IMG/VR virus record: IMGVR_UViG_3300045988_141012
Length of the DNA: 64,000 bases
Strand: one strand, 5' to 3'
From: a virus
The stretch's first letter is position 1, and each line of letters starts with the position of its first letter. The notes below the pieces were generated by a model. That model was given only the letters and a program-made list of their open reading frames with translations. It had not been told where the DNA came from and did no database searches. Made by a program: the position numbers and the translations under genes. Shown piece after piece: positions 7,044-16,198 of the stretch.

Positions 7044-7328
7044 CAATATCTATCTACCGTTACTTTCGTAATATTTACATACGGTTTGGACTATACAATC
7101 TATGTAGGATTATAGTCTCTGAACGTCCCTCATCAGCTTTATCTGTTAAGAGGTTTCGCTGCGTCTGAGCAACTTCCATGCTCGATAATCCAATCCCAAG
7201 AATTTTTATGGTATGTGTTTTCACTGTTCCGCATTCACGTTTGTTGTTTCCAACTCCGTTGTAGCTTCTTGAGGCTCTAAGGACTTCTCCGCAATTTAAC
7301 CTATTTATACAGGACAAACGGATTTTTT
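7044..7328 (-). ncRNA. group I self-splicing intron (no internal ORF)
   Basis: Core elements in order: P AAAUUGCGGAGAAGUCC (7297-7281), Q ACGCAGCGAAACC (7164-7152), R GUUCAGAGACUAUAAUCC (7124-7107), S UUGUAUAGUCCAAACC (7098-7083). Internal guide CCGUUUGUCCUGU (7321-7309) pairs with the exon junction ACAGGAU|GAACGG. 5' splice site follows U and the intron ends in G. UUAC-GAAA-GUAA tetraloop hairpin near the 3' end. Confidence 0.85.
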
Positions 7329-9433
7329 ATCCTGTCAATCTTAGTAATCATACTGCTTCCGCATTTAGGACACTTATCCATTTCTACTTGTTGATAACCG
7401 CAATCTTCACAATAGCACATCGCAAGATTAACACCTTCATAGAATCCTTTTTCCATTGCTCTCAACACAAGAGTTTTAATTGCTAAAATGTTGTATCCTA
7501 AATTATATCTACAATACTGTATCTTGCCACCATTAAACAAATCCCAAAATCTTTCCTCTTTATCTTGCTTTTCTATTGGTGACATTTGTTCTGACACATG
7601 ACAATGGAATGAATTGCTTACATATGGTTTATCAGATACGTTTTCAATAATTCCATATATTTTGCGGAATTGCTCAACTTGAAGTCCACAAAGACTCTCT
7701 GCCGGCGTTCCATATATTGCATAAAGAATATGGTCTTCTTCTTTAATTCTGTTCGTATAATCATTGATATATTTCATAACTTCAAGAGCAAATTCACCAT
7801 CTTCACGAATTGACTTGCCATTATAAAGCTGTTGTAATTCATTTAATGCAGTTATACCGTAACTCATTGTCATAGGTGGTAAAATTGATTTAATCTTATC
7901 TGTTGGTTTTAAATGTCCACCATATAAACCACCCTCGCAAAAAGCGACAGGATTTACACTTGCTCTCAATTCACCAATATAATCATATGTTCTTTTATGT
8001 AGATTTCTAATCATTTCAAGATAATAATCTAAAACTTCATAAAAATCTTTTGATTCTTTTCTTGCCTTTGCAAGTATCATCGGCAGGTGTAAAGAAACGA
8101 CCCCTAAATTACATCTTCCGTTAAAAACAGGTTTGTCATTTTCATCTAACGGGTGCATACCACCCTTTTCGTACCAAGGGGATAAGAATGCCCGGCATCC
8201 CATCGGACTAACCACTCTGCCATATTTCTTATACATTTCTGGTACATATCCTTCGCCGGTCAAAGATAACCAATCAGGATACATTGTTTTACTACTACAA
8301 TCAATACCAGCATTAAAAACATCAGCACAAGGATATTTTTCACTTCCGTCTCCATGAAGATTTTTATCATACAAAAATACTATTTTAGGGAATAAGACGG
8401 GACGTTTAAATCCTTTCTTACCTTGTCCTTCCGAATGAACTTGCAATAGAGTAATTGAAGCCATTTTACCGAATCTTGACGTTGCAAGTCCTAATGTCAT
8501 CGTAACAAAGGGATAATCGCCTCGACTTGAGCCAACCGAATTTAACTTCATTTCAATGCCTTGCCAACCCTGTTCAAAATCTCTTTTTACTTTGTTGATG
8601 GCATATTGTTCAGCTTCTTTTTCAAATGTTACATCGCTGAAAGCATCTATTATTACTCCATCAGTATTATCAATTATACGTTCTACTTTATAAAACTCAT
8701 CTACGTATTTTTCATATGATTTTTCTGCATATGGCTCTAAAATTTTGTCCACTTCTGGAACAGTGAAGCCACCATACTGTTGTGCAGCGGTAGATAATAT
8801 AATATCCCCCATTACATCAAATGCAGTATCAAGATAATTGGGTTCGTTATACCATATATTACCCATTTCAAAACCACCACGCATGACTTCACCCACTCTA
8901 AACAAATCGCAGTTAAATGAATCCAATCTTGCACTTCTATCATGAATGTAAATATATCCATCTTTCATTGCTTGTTTTTCAGTATGAGTTAAAAAGAACT
9001 TCTTATATAATTCTCCACTTAGTTCGTTATATATTAGACTTCTTTTTGTTGCCACTAACGCTGAGTCTGTATTGGCATTATTTTTATCACCGATATATCT
9101 TATTGTTTGGCTACGTTCATATACTTTGTCCATCATATGTACGAAATCTTTTTTGTAATTTCTGTATTCTTTATACATTTTAGCGACTGCTGGGAAATCT
9201 TCTTCAAGAACAGATTCAACTATATTATGCATATCATAAATTTCAATATTGGTATTATCATCATAGTTTTCTTCTATTCTTACCAACACATCATTTAAAA
9301 TAGTAGCATAATCGGCATCTGAAAATTCATACATCGCCCTTCTTGCTGCTTTATTACAAGCATTGATTATTTTTTGTTCATTATATTCTTCGACAGTTCC
9401 ATCTTTCTTAATTACATTAAACAAACGTATCAT
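7329..9433 (-). CDS. nrdD: anaerobic ribonucleoside-triphosphate reductase, exon 1
   Basis: About 700 aa with an ATP-cone-like N-terminus (VIKKDGTVEEYNEQKI), class III RNR core and C-terminal Zn ribbon CEDCGY...CPKCGS. The unspliced frame runs on to a stop at 7301 without a glycyl-radical motif. Confidence 0.9.
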
Positions 9434-9999
9434 TCCTCCATTAACTCATATTCCTTGATTATATCGTCCAAATCCATAGCAAACGCCCTTAAATCAGAAT
9501 GTCTCGTATTTTGTATAATGCAATCCCATTGTTGATTCTTGGCATTTGCAAAAGCTTCTTTGTCATTTTTGATTCTTTCTTCAATTTTTTCTTCGCTATC
9601 TCCTCGCTCCTCCATACGAAGTCTACGAGTCGCCTCATTTGTTTCCACATATATAGGGATAATTTTTCTGTCTCTATATGTATCTTGTAGATGTTTTAGC
9701 CCCTTTATGTCTATAATATAAAAATCAGAATTATTGACTTGTGTTTTTGTCGCCCAATAAACATTTCCATTAAAAAAAGTTTCTGCTACTACTTCATTAT
9801 TCTCTTTATCTTTTAGATATTGTTCAACATTCGAGAATATATGATTAAACTTATCATTTTCATCATTTGTTCTTATTGGACGAGTGGTATTAGATATAAC
9901 TTTTGTATAACCATACCGATTACACATATAATTTACAATTGTATCTTTACCACTGCCACTTTCGCCAACTACACAATACAAGTTTTTTGTCATACGCAT
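9430..9999 (-). CDS. guanylate-kinase-like / dNMP kinase
   Basis: P-loop GESGSGKDT followed by NTTRPIR (the guanylate kinase TTRP.R motif). ATGA overlap with the nrdD start. Confidence 0.65.
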   Translation of the reverse strand: MRMTKNLYCVVGESGSGKDTIVNYMCNRYGYTKVISNTTRPIRTNDENDKFNHIFSNVEQYLKDKENNEVVAETFFNGNVYWATKTQVNNSDFYIIDIKGLKHLQDTYRDRKIIPIYVETNEATRRLRMEERGDSEEKIEERIKNDKEAFANAKNQQWDCIIQNTRHSDLRAFAMDLDDIIKEYELMEE

Positions 10000-10010
10000 T
10001 TCTCCTTAAA

Positions 10011-10268
10011 TTAAGCTATCATTTTGTTAATAACTGACTTTAGTTCTTCATCTATATCACCTTCTATCTCAACCTTAACCGGAGTAGACAAATCAAGACT
10101 ATACAAACCAAGTATCGACTTACCATCAATTCTATACTTATATAATTCTTTGCCGTCCGCAATATTTCTACCACTACAAACCGTAACATCACCTATATGA
10201 TGTTGGCATGCTACATTGAACTTCTTAATTTTTTCCATTGTATCTATTAAAACAATCGTTTCTATCAT
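10011..10268 (-). CDS. HPr-like domain protein (degenerate, no His15 motif)
   Basis: 85 aa. The C-terminal DGKSILGLYSLDLSTPVKVEIEGDIDEELKSVINKM resembles the HPr pattern ..KSIMGVMSLGV..G..I.I.A.G.DE..A. The N-terminal GIHARPA phosphorylation motif is absent. Confidence 0.4.
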   Translation of the reverse strand: MIETIVLIDTMEKIKKFNVACQHHIGDVTVCSGRNIADGKELYKYRIDGKSILGLYSLDLSTPVKVEIEGDIDEELKSVINKMIA

Positions 10269-10441
10269 AGCAATTTTAATCCCTTTCTTTTTCGTGTTAT
10301 ATTCGCTATTGCTCTGTATTTTTTCAATTCTTCAGGAGAAGCCTGTCGAATGACGACTTCTCCACTTTTACTCTTATATGCCCTACATTCACGTTCCAAA
10401 TCAGCGTGTGCAAGCTCTCTCAATCGTGCCTTAGTTGCCAA
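10265..10441 (-). CDS. hypothetical small basic protein
   Basis: 58-aa ORF with TTG start after GGAGAAATTTCATAA. Its stop overlaps the next ATG (CTATGA). Below the track cutoff. Confidence 0.35.
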   Translation of the reverse strand: MATKARLRELAHADLERECRAYKSKSGEVVIRQASPEELKKYRAIANITRKRKGLKLL

Positions 10442-10460
10442 TTATGAAATTTCTCCTTTC

Positions 10461-11093
10461 TTATTCTGCAAGATAAACATCTTTGTACACAACACCCATG
10501 TCTAATGCCATTGAATGAGTTGGTACTGCTACGTCAATATGATTTCCTCCAAAAGCTCCACAATCTTCGGCTCGTCTATAACCATAGCCATCTATGTACA
10601 CCCATTGTAACTTTCCAATTACAGATGAATCGACTGCAATGGTTTGACCAGGAATAATTTGTCCTGCCCAAGCAGTACGACCACTATTTGAGCCATTACA
10701 CGTATAACATGGACAATAATGTGTAATTTTAAATCTACCAAGATATTTGCCTTTTGTTTTACCATTTGAATCACTTGCAACTTCTTGTTTGTCCAAATCT
10801 TCTTTATTATCAACAAAATATGTACCATAGCAATATCCTTGAGTCTCACCGTCCCAAACTTCATACCACTTACCTGTTTCATCAACACCTATAACTTGAA
10901 GTTCAGTTCCTTTCGGGAATACCTTGATTATTTCACTATCTTCTGTGCTTGGCTTGATTCGACAGTTCAAACCGTTTTGAGCAGAAACATAATGTGTTTC
11001 CCACTTTGTTTCGTCTGCACTTACGCCTATCATTCCTGTTGCCATTGATACAACTGCTATTACTCCACATATTACTTTTCTTAAATTTCTCAT
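10461..11093 (-). CDS. secreted SH3b + 3D-domain cell-wall hydrolase (lytic transglycosylase-like)
   Basis: Signal peptide (VICGVIAVVSMATGMIGVSA). SH3b-like GLNCRIKPS..EIIKVFPKGTELQVIG..GKWYEV. C-terminal 3D/RlpA-like module (FKITHYCPCYTCNG..GRTAWAGQI..GQTIAVD..YIDGYGYRRAEDCG..NHIDV). Confidence 0.7.
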   Translation of the reverse strand: MRNLRKVICGVIAVVSMATGMIGVSADETKWETHYVSAQNGLNCRIKPSTEDSEIIKVFPKGTELQVIGVDETGKWYEVWDGETQGYCYGTYFVDNKEDLDKQEVASDSNGKTKGKYLGRFKITHYCPCYTCNGSNSGRTAWAGQIIPGQTIAVDSSVIGKLQWVYIDGYGYRRAEDCGAFGGNHIDVAVPTHSMALDMGVVYKDVYLAE

Positions 11094-11109
11094 TGTTTAA
11101 ATTCCTTTC

Positions 11110-11313
11110 TCATTCGTTTTCATAAGTTTCTTTTATACATTCATTACATCCAACAATCTCATTATTGAATATGTTCTTATATAATACTTCTGCCTCTTCG
11201 TTACAAATTGGACAAATTATCGGAGAATCATCATAATCATATTCCCCATAGTTACCTGTCCTTGCAATCTCCATAGCTGAAATTGCCATTGGATCATTGT
11301 TTGAATAAATCAT
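11110..11313 (-). CDS. hypothetical zinc-ribbon protein
   Basis: 67 aa with CPICN...GCNEC (CxxC...CxxC). 4-nt overlap with the upstream gene. Confidence 0.5.
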   Translation of the reverse strand: MIYSNNDPMAISAMEIARTGNYGEYDYDDSPIICPICNEEAEVLYKNIFNNEIVGCNECIKETYENE

Positions 11314-11678
11314 TTTCTATTTTTCTCCATCGGTTTAAAGATTGTTATTTCAACCTCATCACCATTTTTCTTTGTATCCTCCCATACATTTACGTTGTAT
11401 TCCTTTTTACTGTCTTTCCATGGTACTTTATAAGTTTCGCCGTCAATAGTAATTGATGTAATATCTTTAAGTTCTTCAAGTTTATATATACAATCTTCTC
11501 TGTCAATGCATTCATCTTCGCACAATGCATTATTAGACGGCTTAATCTTCATATAAACTTTGTTGACGTATCTCTTTATTTCTCTACCGTTAAAGTAAAG
11601 ATTAGTAGAGATATTAATACTGGCAAAATCTTTCTTTGGAATATCTATTCCCTCATTACTTTTCTGAATATGAATCAT
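11310..11678 (-). CDS. hypothetical protein
   Basis: Track ORF of 122 aa, tightly packed between ligA and the Zn-ribbon ORF. Confidence 0.55.
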   Translation of the reverse strand: MIHIQKSNEGIDIPKKDFASINISTNLYFNGREIKRYVNKVYMKIKPSNNALCEDECIDREDCIYKLEELKDITSITIDGETYKVPWKDSKKEYNVNVWEDTKKNGDEVEITIFKPMEKNRK

Positions 11679-11679
11679 A

Positions 11680-13671
11680 TTATTTTTCTCCTTCTATCAT
11701 TTGTTTGAATTTGACTTCGCTAATAATTGGAATACCCAAACTCTTAGCGGCTTTATTTTTTGACGACACACTTTCGGTATCATTGTTGATTAAATAATCT
11801 GTCTTTTTTGTGACAGAACTTACAACTTTACCACCACGACTTTCAATCTCTTTAACTAATTCGGCACGATTAGAGTAACTGATTAACTTTCCGGTAATAC
11901 AAAAACTTTTACCTTGAAGTGTATCTACTGTACTATTCTCTTTTTCTTTTTCAAAAATGAACTCATTTGCTAAATCTAAAATATCTAAATTGTATTTATT
12001 CCAATAGTCAGTCATAGACATAGCTAACTCAATTCCAATACCATCAATATGCGTAAATGCTTTTCTCTCCTTGTTTGACAATACGTTCACAAATATATTA
12101 AAATCATTTTCACATACTTTTGAAATATCTTTGCTTGCGTTTTTCCCCAACAACGGAATGCTTAATGAATACAAGAACTGAGCCAATGTCGTATTTCTAC
12201 TTTTCTGAATTGCTAATAATAGCTTTTCGACAGATTTTTGACCGAAGCCTTCAAGAGATTGAATTTGTTCTTTAAAATCTTCAAGATGATAAATATCTTT
12301 GATGGACTTTATATATCCAAGTTGAATAAATCTTTTTAGAGATGCTTCTGATAAGTTTTCAATATTAAGAGCATTTTTTGAAACTGCATGAGACAGTCTT
12401 TTTAATAACTTTCCCTCACAATATTCATTTGTACAAATCAAAACTTCTGAGTTATTGTCCTTCTTGATTGTGGTCGGTTGATGACATATAGGACAATGTG
12501 TTGGGATTGGTATGTATTGTCTTTTTGTAGTGTGGTTATCTATTTCGCCCCAACGAATAGCAGGAACGATGAGATTTGCTTTAAATACTCCGATTTTCTG
12601 ACCAATCCAAGGATTTCCTAATAATTCTTTCATTATTGATATATTATGTAGAGTTGCTCTTTCAACAGTAGTACCTTCAATTTCTACTGGCTCAAATACC
12701 GCCGTTGGAGTTAATACTCCTGTTTTACCGATTGTATATTCAATATTCTTCAATGTGGTTTCTACTGAATCATTCTTAACCTTAAAGGCGATACCATTTC
12801 TGAAATGGTGGCTTGTGTTGCCAAGAGATTTACCATATTGCACATCATCAAATTTAAAAACAACTCCATCTTGTGGAAGGCATTCTTGTTCCGCAATGTC
12901 CAACATTTTATCTATAACTACCTGATAGTCCATATGTACGTTTTCAAACGAAACAACATCAAAAAACGGAACTACATCAAACCCTAATTCGCTTGCTTCT
13001 GCGAGTTGATTATGGAATGAAAGGTTCGTTTCATCGACACTATCATTTTCGATAACTTCCCACGCAAACCAACTCAATCGTCTATCTTTTACAACTGACG
13101 TATCAAGACTTGATAATGTACCGGCAGCAAGATTACGACTATTTTTAAATTGTCCGTCTTTATTTATCTTGGCGAAATCATCAAGTGTTATCAATGCCTC
13201 ACCATCAATAACATAAGTTCCTTCCTTATTAATATGTAACGGAACATTTTGAAATTGTTTTACTGCCTGAGTAATATCATTACCTTCTATACCATTGCCC
13301 CTTGACTCAGCTCTTACCAAGTCACCATTCTCATAAATCAATCTACACGACAAACCGTCTAATTTTATAGAAGCAACAAGAGGACGATAATTTGCAAACT
13401 TCTCAATTTCTTCGACTGAGTGGCATTTATTAAGTGATAGCATTGGTGTCTTATGCACTACTTTAGCGATACTATTCAATACTTCCGTTCCAACTTTTTG
13501 TGTTGGGCTATTTGCCATTGTTATATTTGTTTCTTCTTCCAATGAACGTAAATCTTCAAGTTTTGAATCAAATTCCGCATCGCTCATTATCGGCTTTGCC
13601 GTATTATAATAAGCATTTGCCGCATTATTTAATTCAGCAATTAATTCTTTCATTCGTGTTATTTTATTCAT
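11680..13671 (-). CDS. ligA: NAD-dependent DNA ligase
   Basis: 663 aa. Adenylation motif KLDGLS, OB fold, Zn finger CPICHQ...CTNEYC, HhH repeats and a C-terminal BRCT (GKSFCITGKL...). Confidence 0.92.
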   Translation of the reverse strand: MNKITRMKELIAELNNAANAYYNTAKPIMSDAEFDSKLEDLRSLEEETNITMANSPTQKVGTEVLNSIAKVVHKTPMLSLNKCHSVEEIEKFANYRPLVASIKLDGLSCRLIYENGDLVRAESRGNGIEGNDITQAVKQFQNVPLHINKEGTYVIDGEALITLDDFAKINKDGQFKNSRNLAAGTLSSLDTSVVKDRRLSWFAWEVIENDSVDETNLSFHNQLAEASELGFDVVPFFDVVSFENVHMDYQVVIDKMLDIAEQECLPQDGVVFKFDDVQYGKSLGNTSHHFRNGIAFKVKNDSVETTLKNIEYTIGKTGVLTPTAVFEPVEIEGTTVERATLHNISIMKELLGNPWIGQKIGVFKANLIVPAIRWGEIDNHTTKRQYIPIPTHCPICHQPTTIKKDNNSEVLICTNEYCEGKLLKRLSHAVSKNALNIENLSEASLKRFIQLGYIKSIKDIYHLEDFKEQIQSLEGFGQKSVEKLLLAIQKSRNTTLAQFLYSLSIPLLGKNASKDISKVCENDFNIFVNVLSNKERKAFTHIDGIGIELAMSMTDYWNKYNLDILDLANEFIFEKEKENSTVDTLQGKSFCITGKLISYSNRAELVKEIESRGGKVVSSVTKKTDYLINNDTESVSSKNKAAKSLGIPIISEVKFKQMIEGEK

Positions 13672-13782
13672 TTAACCCACCTTATCTATCCATGTTATCC
13701 CTAAATTTTCGCAAAAAATTAAAGCCTCCTCTTTGGTCTGGAAGATTTTATAGCTTCCACAACCATAGAATACAACATACAT
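13672..13782 (-). CDS. hypothetical small protein
   Basis: 36-aa ORF (MYVVFYGCGSYKIFQTKEEALIFCENLGITWIDKVG) that exactly fills the gap between the ThyX-like stop and the ligA ATG. Confidence 0.35.
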   Translation of the reverse strand: MYVVFYGCGSYKIFQTKEEALIFCENLGITWIDKVG

Positions 13783-14469
13783 TTATATATTCTCCCTCTC
13801 ATCAGGAAATATCAATTCCTGTGCATACGGAAGTGTTCTTGCCCAACCGATGAATGACTTTGACCATTCTGTCAATTTGTGAAATCTTCTCTGACCTTTT
13901 GAACACATCGCCAAAAGATTTTCGTATGTCATTGTAACGGTTCTTGTCTGCTGCCACGCTGACGGCAACCATCTGATAAGTTCTTTCCAATATGCCTTAT
14001 CCTTTGTTTCAAGATACTTTACACGCATACTCTCCAAAAATTCTATATGCTTGTCTATCACATCACCAAGTTTTGTGCCGTCATAATCAAGATCTGAATT
14101 GTAATCGTCAATTTCAAAACACTCGGCAGTAATAGGTGTTGACGCAAGTTTGTGCATTGTCGATGTGCTGTTTGCGGTTGTACCAACCTTATACGTATCA
14201 AATTCTTTCCACCAGTAAAGCGGAGCAGTAATATCAACAGACACAAAAATCTGACGCATAAATTTTCTGTGTTCGCTGCCTGCTTTTATAAGTCTTTGTG
14301 CAAGTCCCAAATCATTTTCGCCAATATGATAGTATTCATCAGGAACAAACAAACTACTTAAGGTCGATGCTCTCCATCCGCTATCGCTTTTACGATGACT
14401 TTTCAATGGATTTCTCATCCCACGCAAGCTACCTTCAAAATTAAATACTTCTGTATTTTCAAATTTCAT
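13783..14469 (-). CDS. ThyX-like (flavin-dependent thymidylate synthase-like) protein, divergent
   Basis: 228 aa. LIKAGSEHRKFMRQIFVSVDITAPLYWWKEFDTYKVGTTANSTSTMH parallels the Thy1 core (..gHes.fEh..ftF.i.g.SR....ql.RHR..s..q.SqRY). The canonical RHR...S residues are not conserved. Confidence 0.45.
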   Translation of the reverse strand: MKFENTEVFNFEGSLRGMRNPLKSHRKSDSGWRASTLSSLFVPDEYYHIGENDLGLAQRLIKAGSEHRKFMRQIFVSVDITAPLYWWKEFDTYKVGTTANSTSTMHKLASTPITAECFEIDDYNSDLDYDGTKLGDVIDKHIEFLESMRVKYLETKDKAYWKELIRWLPSAWQQTRTVTMTYENLLAMCSKGQRRFHKLTEWSKSFIGWARTLPYAQELIFPDERENI

Positions 14470-14487
14470 TTTATGTATTCTCCTTAT

Positions 14488-14631
14488 TTATATATCTTTA
14501 AAAATGCTACTTATAATAACCAAAATGCCTATTATCCAAATTGGGCTAAGTACCCATAACCATGACCACTGTATTAAACCAATTATTTTCAAAACAATAA
14601 AAATTATTGCCAATACATCTAAAATTCCCAT
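14488..14631 (-). CDS. small two-helix membrane protein
   Basis: 47-aa ORF MGILDVLAIIFIVLKIIGLIQWSWLWVLSPIWIIGILVIISSIFKDI with RBS GGAGGCGGAAGA-ATG. Below the track cutoff. Confidence 0.4.
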   Translation of the reverse strand: MGILDVLAIIFIVLKIIGLIQWSWLWVLSPIWIIGILVIISSIFKDI

Positions 14632-14649
14632 TCTTCCGCCTCCATCTTT

Positions 14650-14949
14650 CTATCTGCTCTTTTCTTCGTTTGTATTTTCTACATCTTCTATCATTACTTC
14701 CGTTTCTAATTTCAATAACCACTCATTAATTGTTTCTCTTAGAATCTTGTAAATATTTTGATTACCTATGCTACCAGAATGTTGTGCGTTAAAATCTTTG
14801 ACAATTTGCTTTATATTATTAGACAAACCACATCCTATCTTTGTACCTGGATATTCTGTTGAGATACTTATTATTTGATTGGGGAAACCTACCCCCTCTA
14901 AAGACTGTGTAATTATTCCATTAAAGCCTATTTCTACTGAATATTTCAT
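14650..14949 (-). CDS. hypothetical protein
   Basis: Track ORF 14650..14979. Start moved to ATG 14949, preceded by AAAGAAAGGAGAA. Confidence 0.55.
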   Translation of the reverse strand: MKYSVEIGFNGIITQSLEGVGFPNQIISISTEYPGTKIGCGLSNNIKQIVKDFNAQHSGSIGNQNIYKILRETINEWLLKLETEVMIEDVENTNEEKSR

Positions 14950-14979
14950 ATAATATATTCTCCTTTCTTTAACATACAA

Positions 14980-15243
14980 TTAATCTTCAGGAATAATAAT
15001 TTCATAAATATCTTCTGATGATTTTATATATTCTTTTGTTTGTCGCTCTTGAATTTTTCGAAGCAATTCATCTACCAACGACATATTTACACTATTTTCA
15101 TATTCTTTCATAGAAGAATAACGCCAGACGCCAAATCCATTTATATGATTTCCAAGTTCATCTATACATTGTACTGGCATATATACATTACACAAACCGT
15201 CTTCATTTTCTCTTATGTATTCCGCTGGAAATAAATTCAACAT
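14980..15243 (-). CDS. hypothetical protein
   Basis: Track ORF of 87 aa, co-oriented and tightly packed. Confidence 0.55.
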   Translation of the reverse strand: MLNLFPAEYIRENEDGLCNVYMPVQCIDELGNHINGFGVWRYSSMKEYENSVNMSLVDELLRKIQERQTKEYIKSSEDIYEIIIPED

Positions 15244-15277
15244 ATTTCTCCTTTCTTTGAAACGAAAGTTTCGTTAT

Positions 15278-15802
15278 TTAATCTTCAAGTTTTATATTAA
15301 ACTTTTCAGCAATAATTTTTATTAATTTGAACGGAATTGGATCAAGTCCACCGCCTGTTTGTTCAAATCCTTCTAACTGAATTCCTTCTAATTTTGTCTT
15401 ACCAATATTCATAACCGCTTGTAATATTTGTTCATATTTTAATTTTACTGTTTCTTCGTTATAATTGTCAGGAAGCATTTTGTTTATTGCAAAATTTAAA
15501 TTAGTGTCATTAAATTTTCGAAAAACATATACAAATTCTTTACTTTCCGAATCATCATCCTCTTTTGACAGACGCTGAAATGTATAGATAGGAAATGACT
15601 GACCATTAATTTTGCCTTGTATAAGAACTCGATTGAAAGGTGTGTAAGTTTTATCATCACTGTAATTACATTCTTTAATACTACAGTCAATATGACAAGA
15701 ACAATATTCTTCCGCTTTCTTACGATTTTTAAATACAGCTCTTACCTCTTTAGTAGTTTTTTCACCATAAAATAATTCTTCAACCACATAAACTTTTTCC
15801 AC
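15278..15802 (-). CDS. hypothetical protein
   Basis: Track ORF of 174 aa with no recognisable motif. Confidence 0.55.
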   Translation of the reverse strand: MEKVYVVEELFYGEKTTKEVRAVFKNRKKAEEYCSCHIDCSIKECNYSDDKTYTPFNRVLIQGKINGQSFPIYTFQRLSKEDDDSESKEFVYVFRKFNDTNLNFAINKMLPDNYNEETVKLKYEQILQAVMNIGKTKLEGIQLEGFEQTGGGLDPIPFKLIKIIAEKFNIKLED

Positions 15803-15826
15803 AATTAAATATTCTCCTTCTGTTCA

Positions 15827-16153
15827 TTATAATATTTCTACCACAATTCCAAAGATATTGTTTTTATTAATTGTCCCATTCACATGCCCATGATTGTTAG
15901 ATATTTGATAACTAACACAATTTTTGATAGCAGAGATTTTATGTAAATAATAATTGCCCTTGACCTTACATAATACAATATCATTTTTCTTTAGTGGTGT
16001 ATCTTTTGTCACTGGTTTGCAAATTACAGGTTGACCAGATTTAAGAATAGGGGTCATAGATTGTCCATATCCAACAACTTTGCAAATTTCACCATTCTTT
16101 AAATGTTCTGCCGTAATTGCATTTTCTTTTCCCTCAAAATCATAATTGATCAT
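15827..16153 (-). CDS. stand-alone S24/S26-like peptidase-fold protein
   Basis: 108 aa. GYGQSMTPILKSGQPVICKP...NDIVLCKVKGNYYLHKI resembles the G.SM.P.l..Gd...gDiv...Kr pattern of LexA/UmuD/signal peptidase. No HTH domain. Confidence 0.4.
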   Translation of the reverse strand: MINYDFEGKENAITAEHLKNGEICKVVGYGQSMTPILKSGQPVICKPVTKDTPLKKNDIVLCKVKGNYYLHKISAIKNCVSYQISNNHGHVNGTINKNNIFGIVVEIL

Positions 16154-16198
16154 TTTAATAAAAATTTTTCCTCTCTTTGAAACCGAACTTTCATTTGG

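Noticed and set aside
7075-7317. 80-aa minus-strand track ORF (MSCINRLNCGEVLRASRSYNG...) in a GC-richer patch between nrdD and the GIY-YIG gene.
   Set aside because: It lies entirely within the group I intron (7044-7328). The GC-richness and open frame come from the structured ribozyme core, and there is no RBS or protein motif.
7301-9433. nrdD as a C-terminally truncated pseudogene lacking the glycyl-radical domain.
   Set aside because: The missing motif is encoded in frame 285 nt downstream and is restored by a well-supported group I splice (P1/P10 guide pairing and P, Q, R, S elements).
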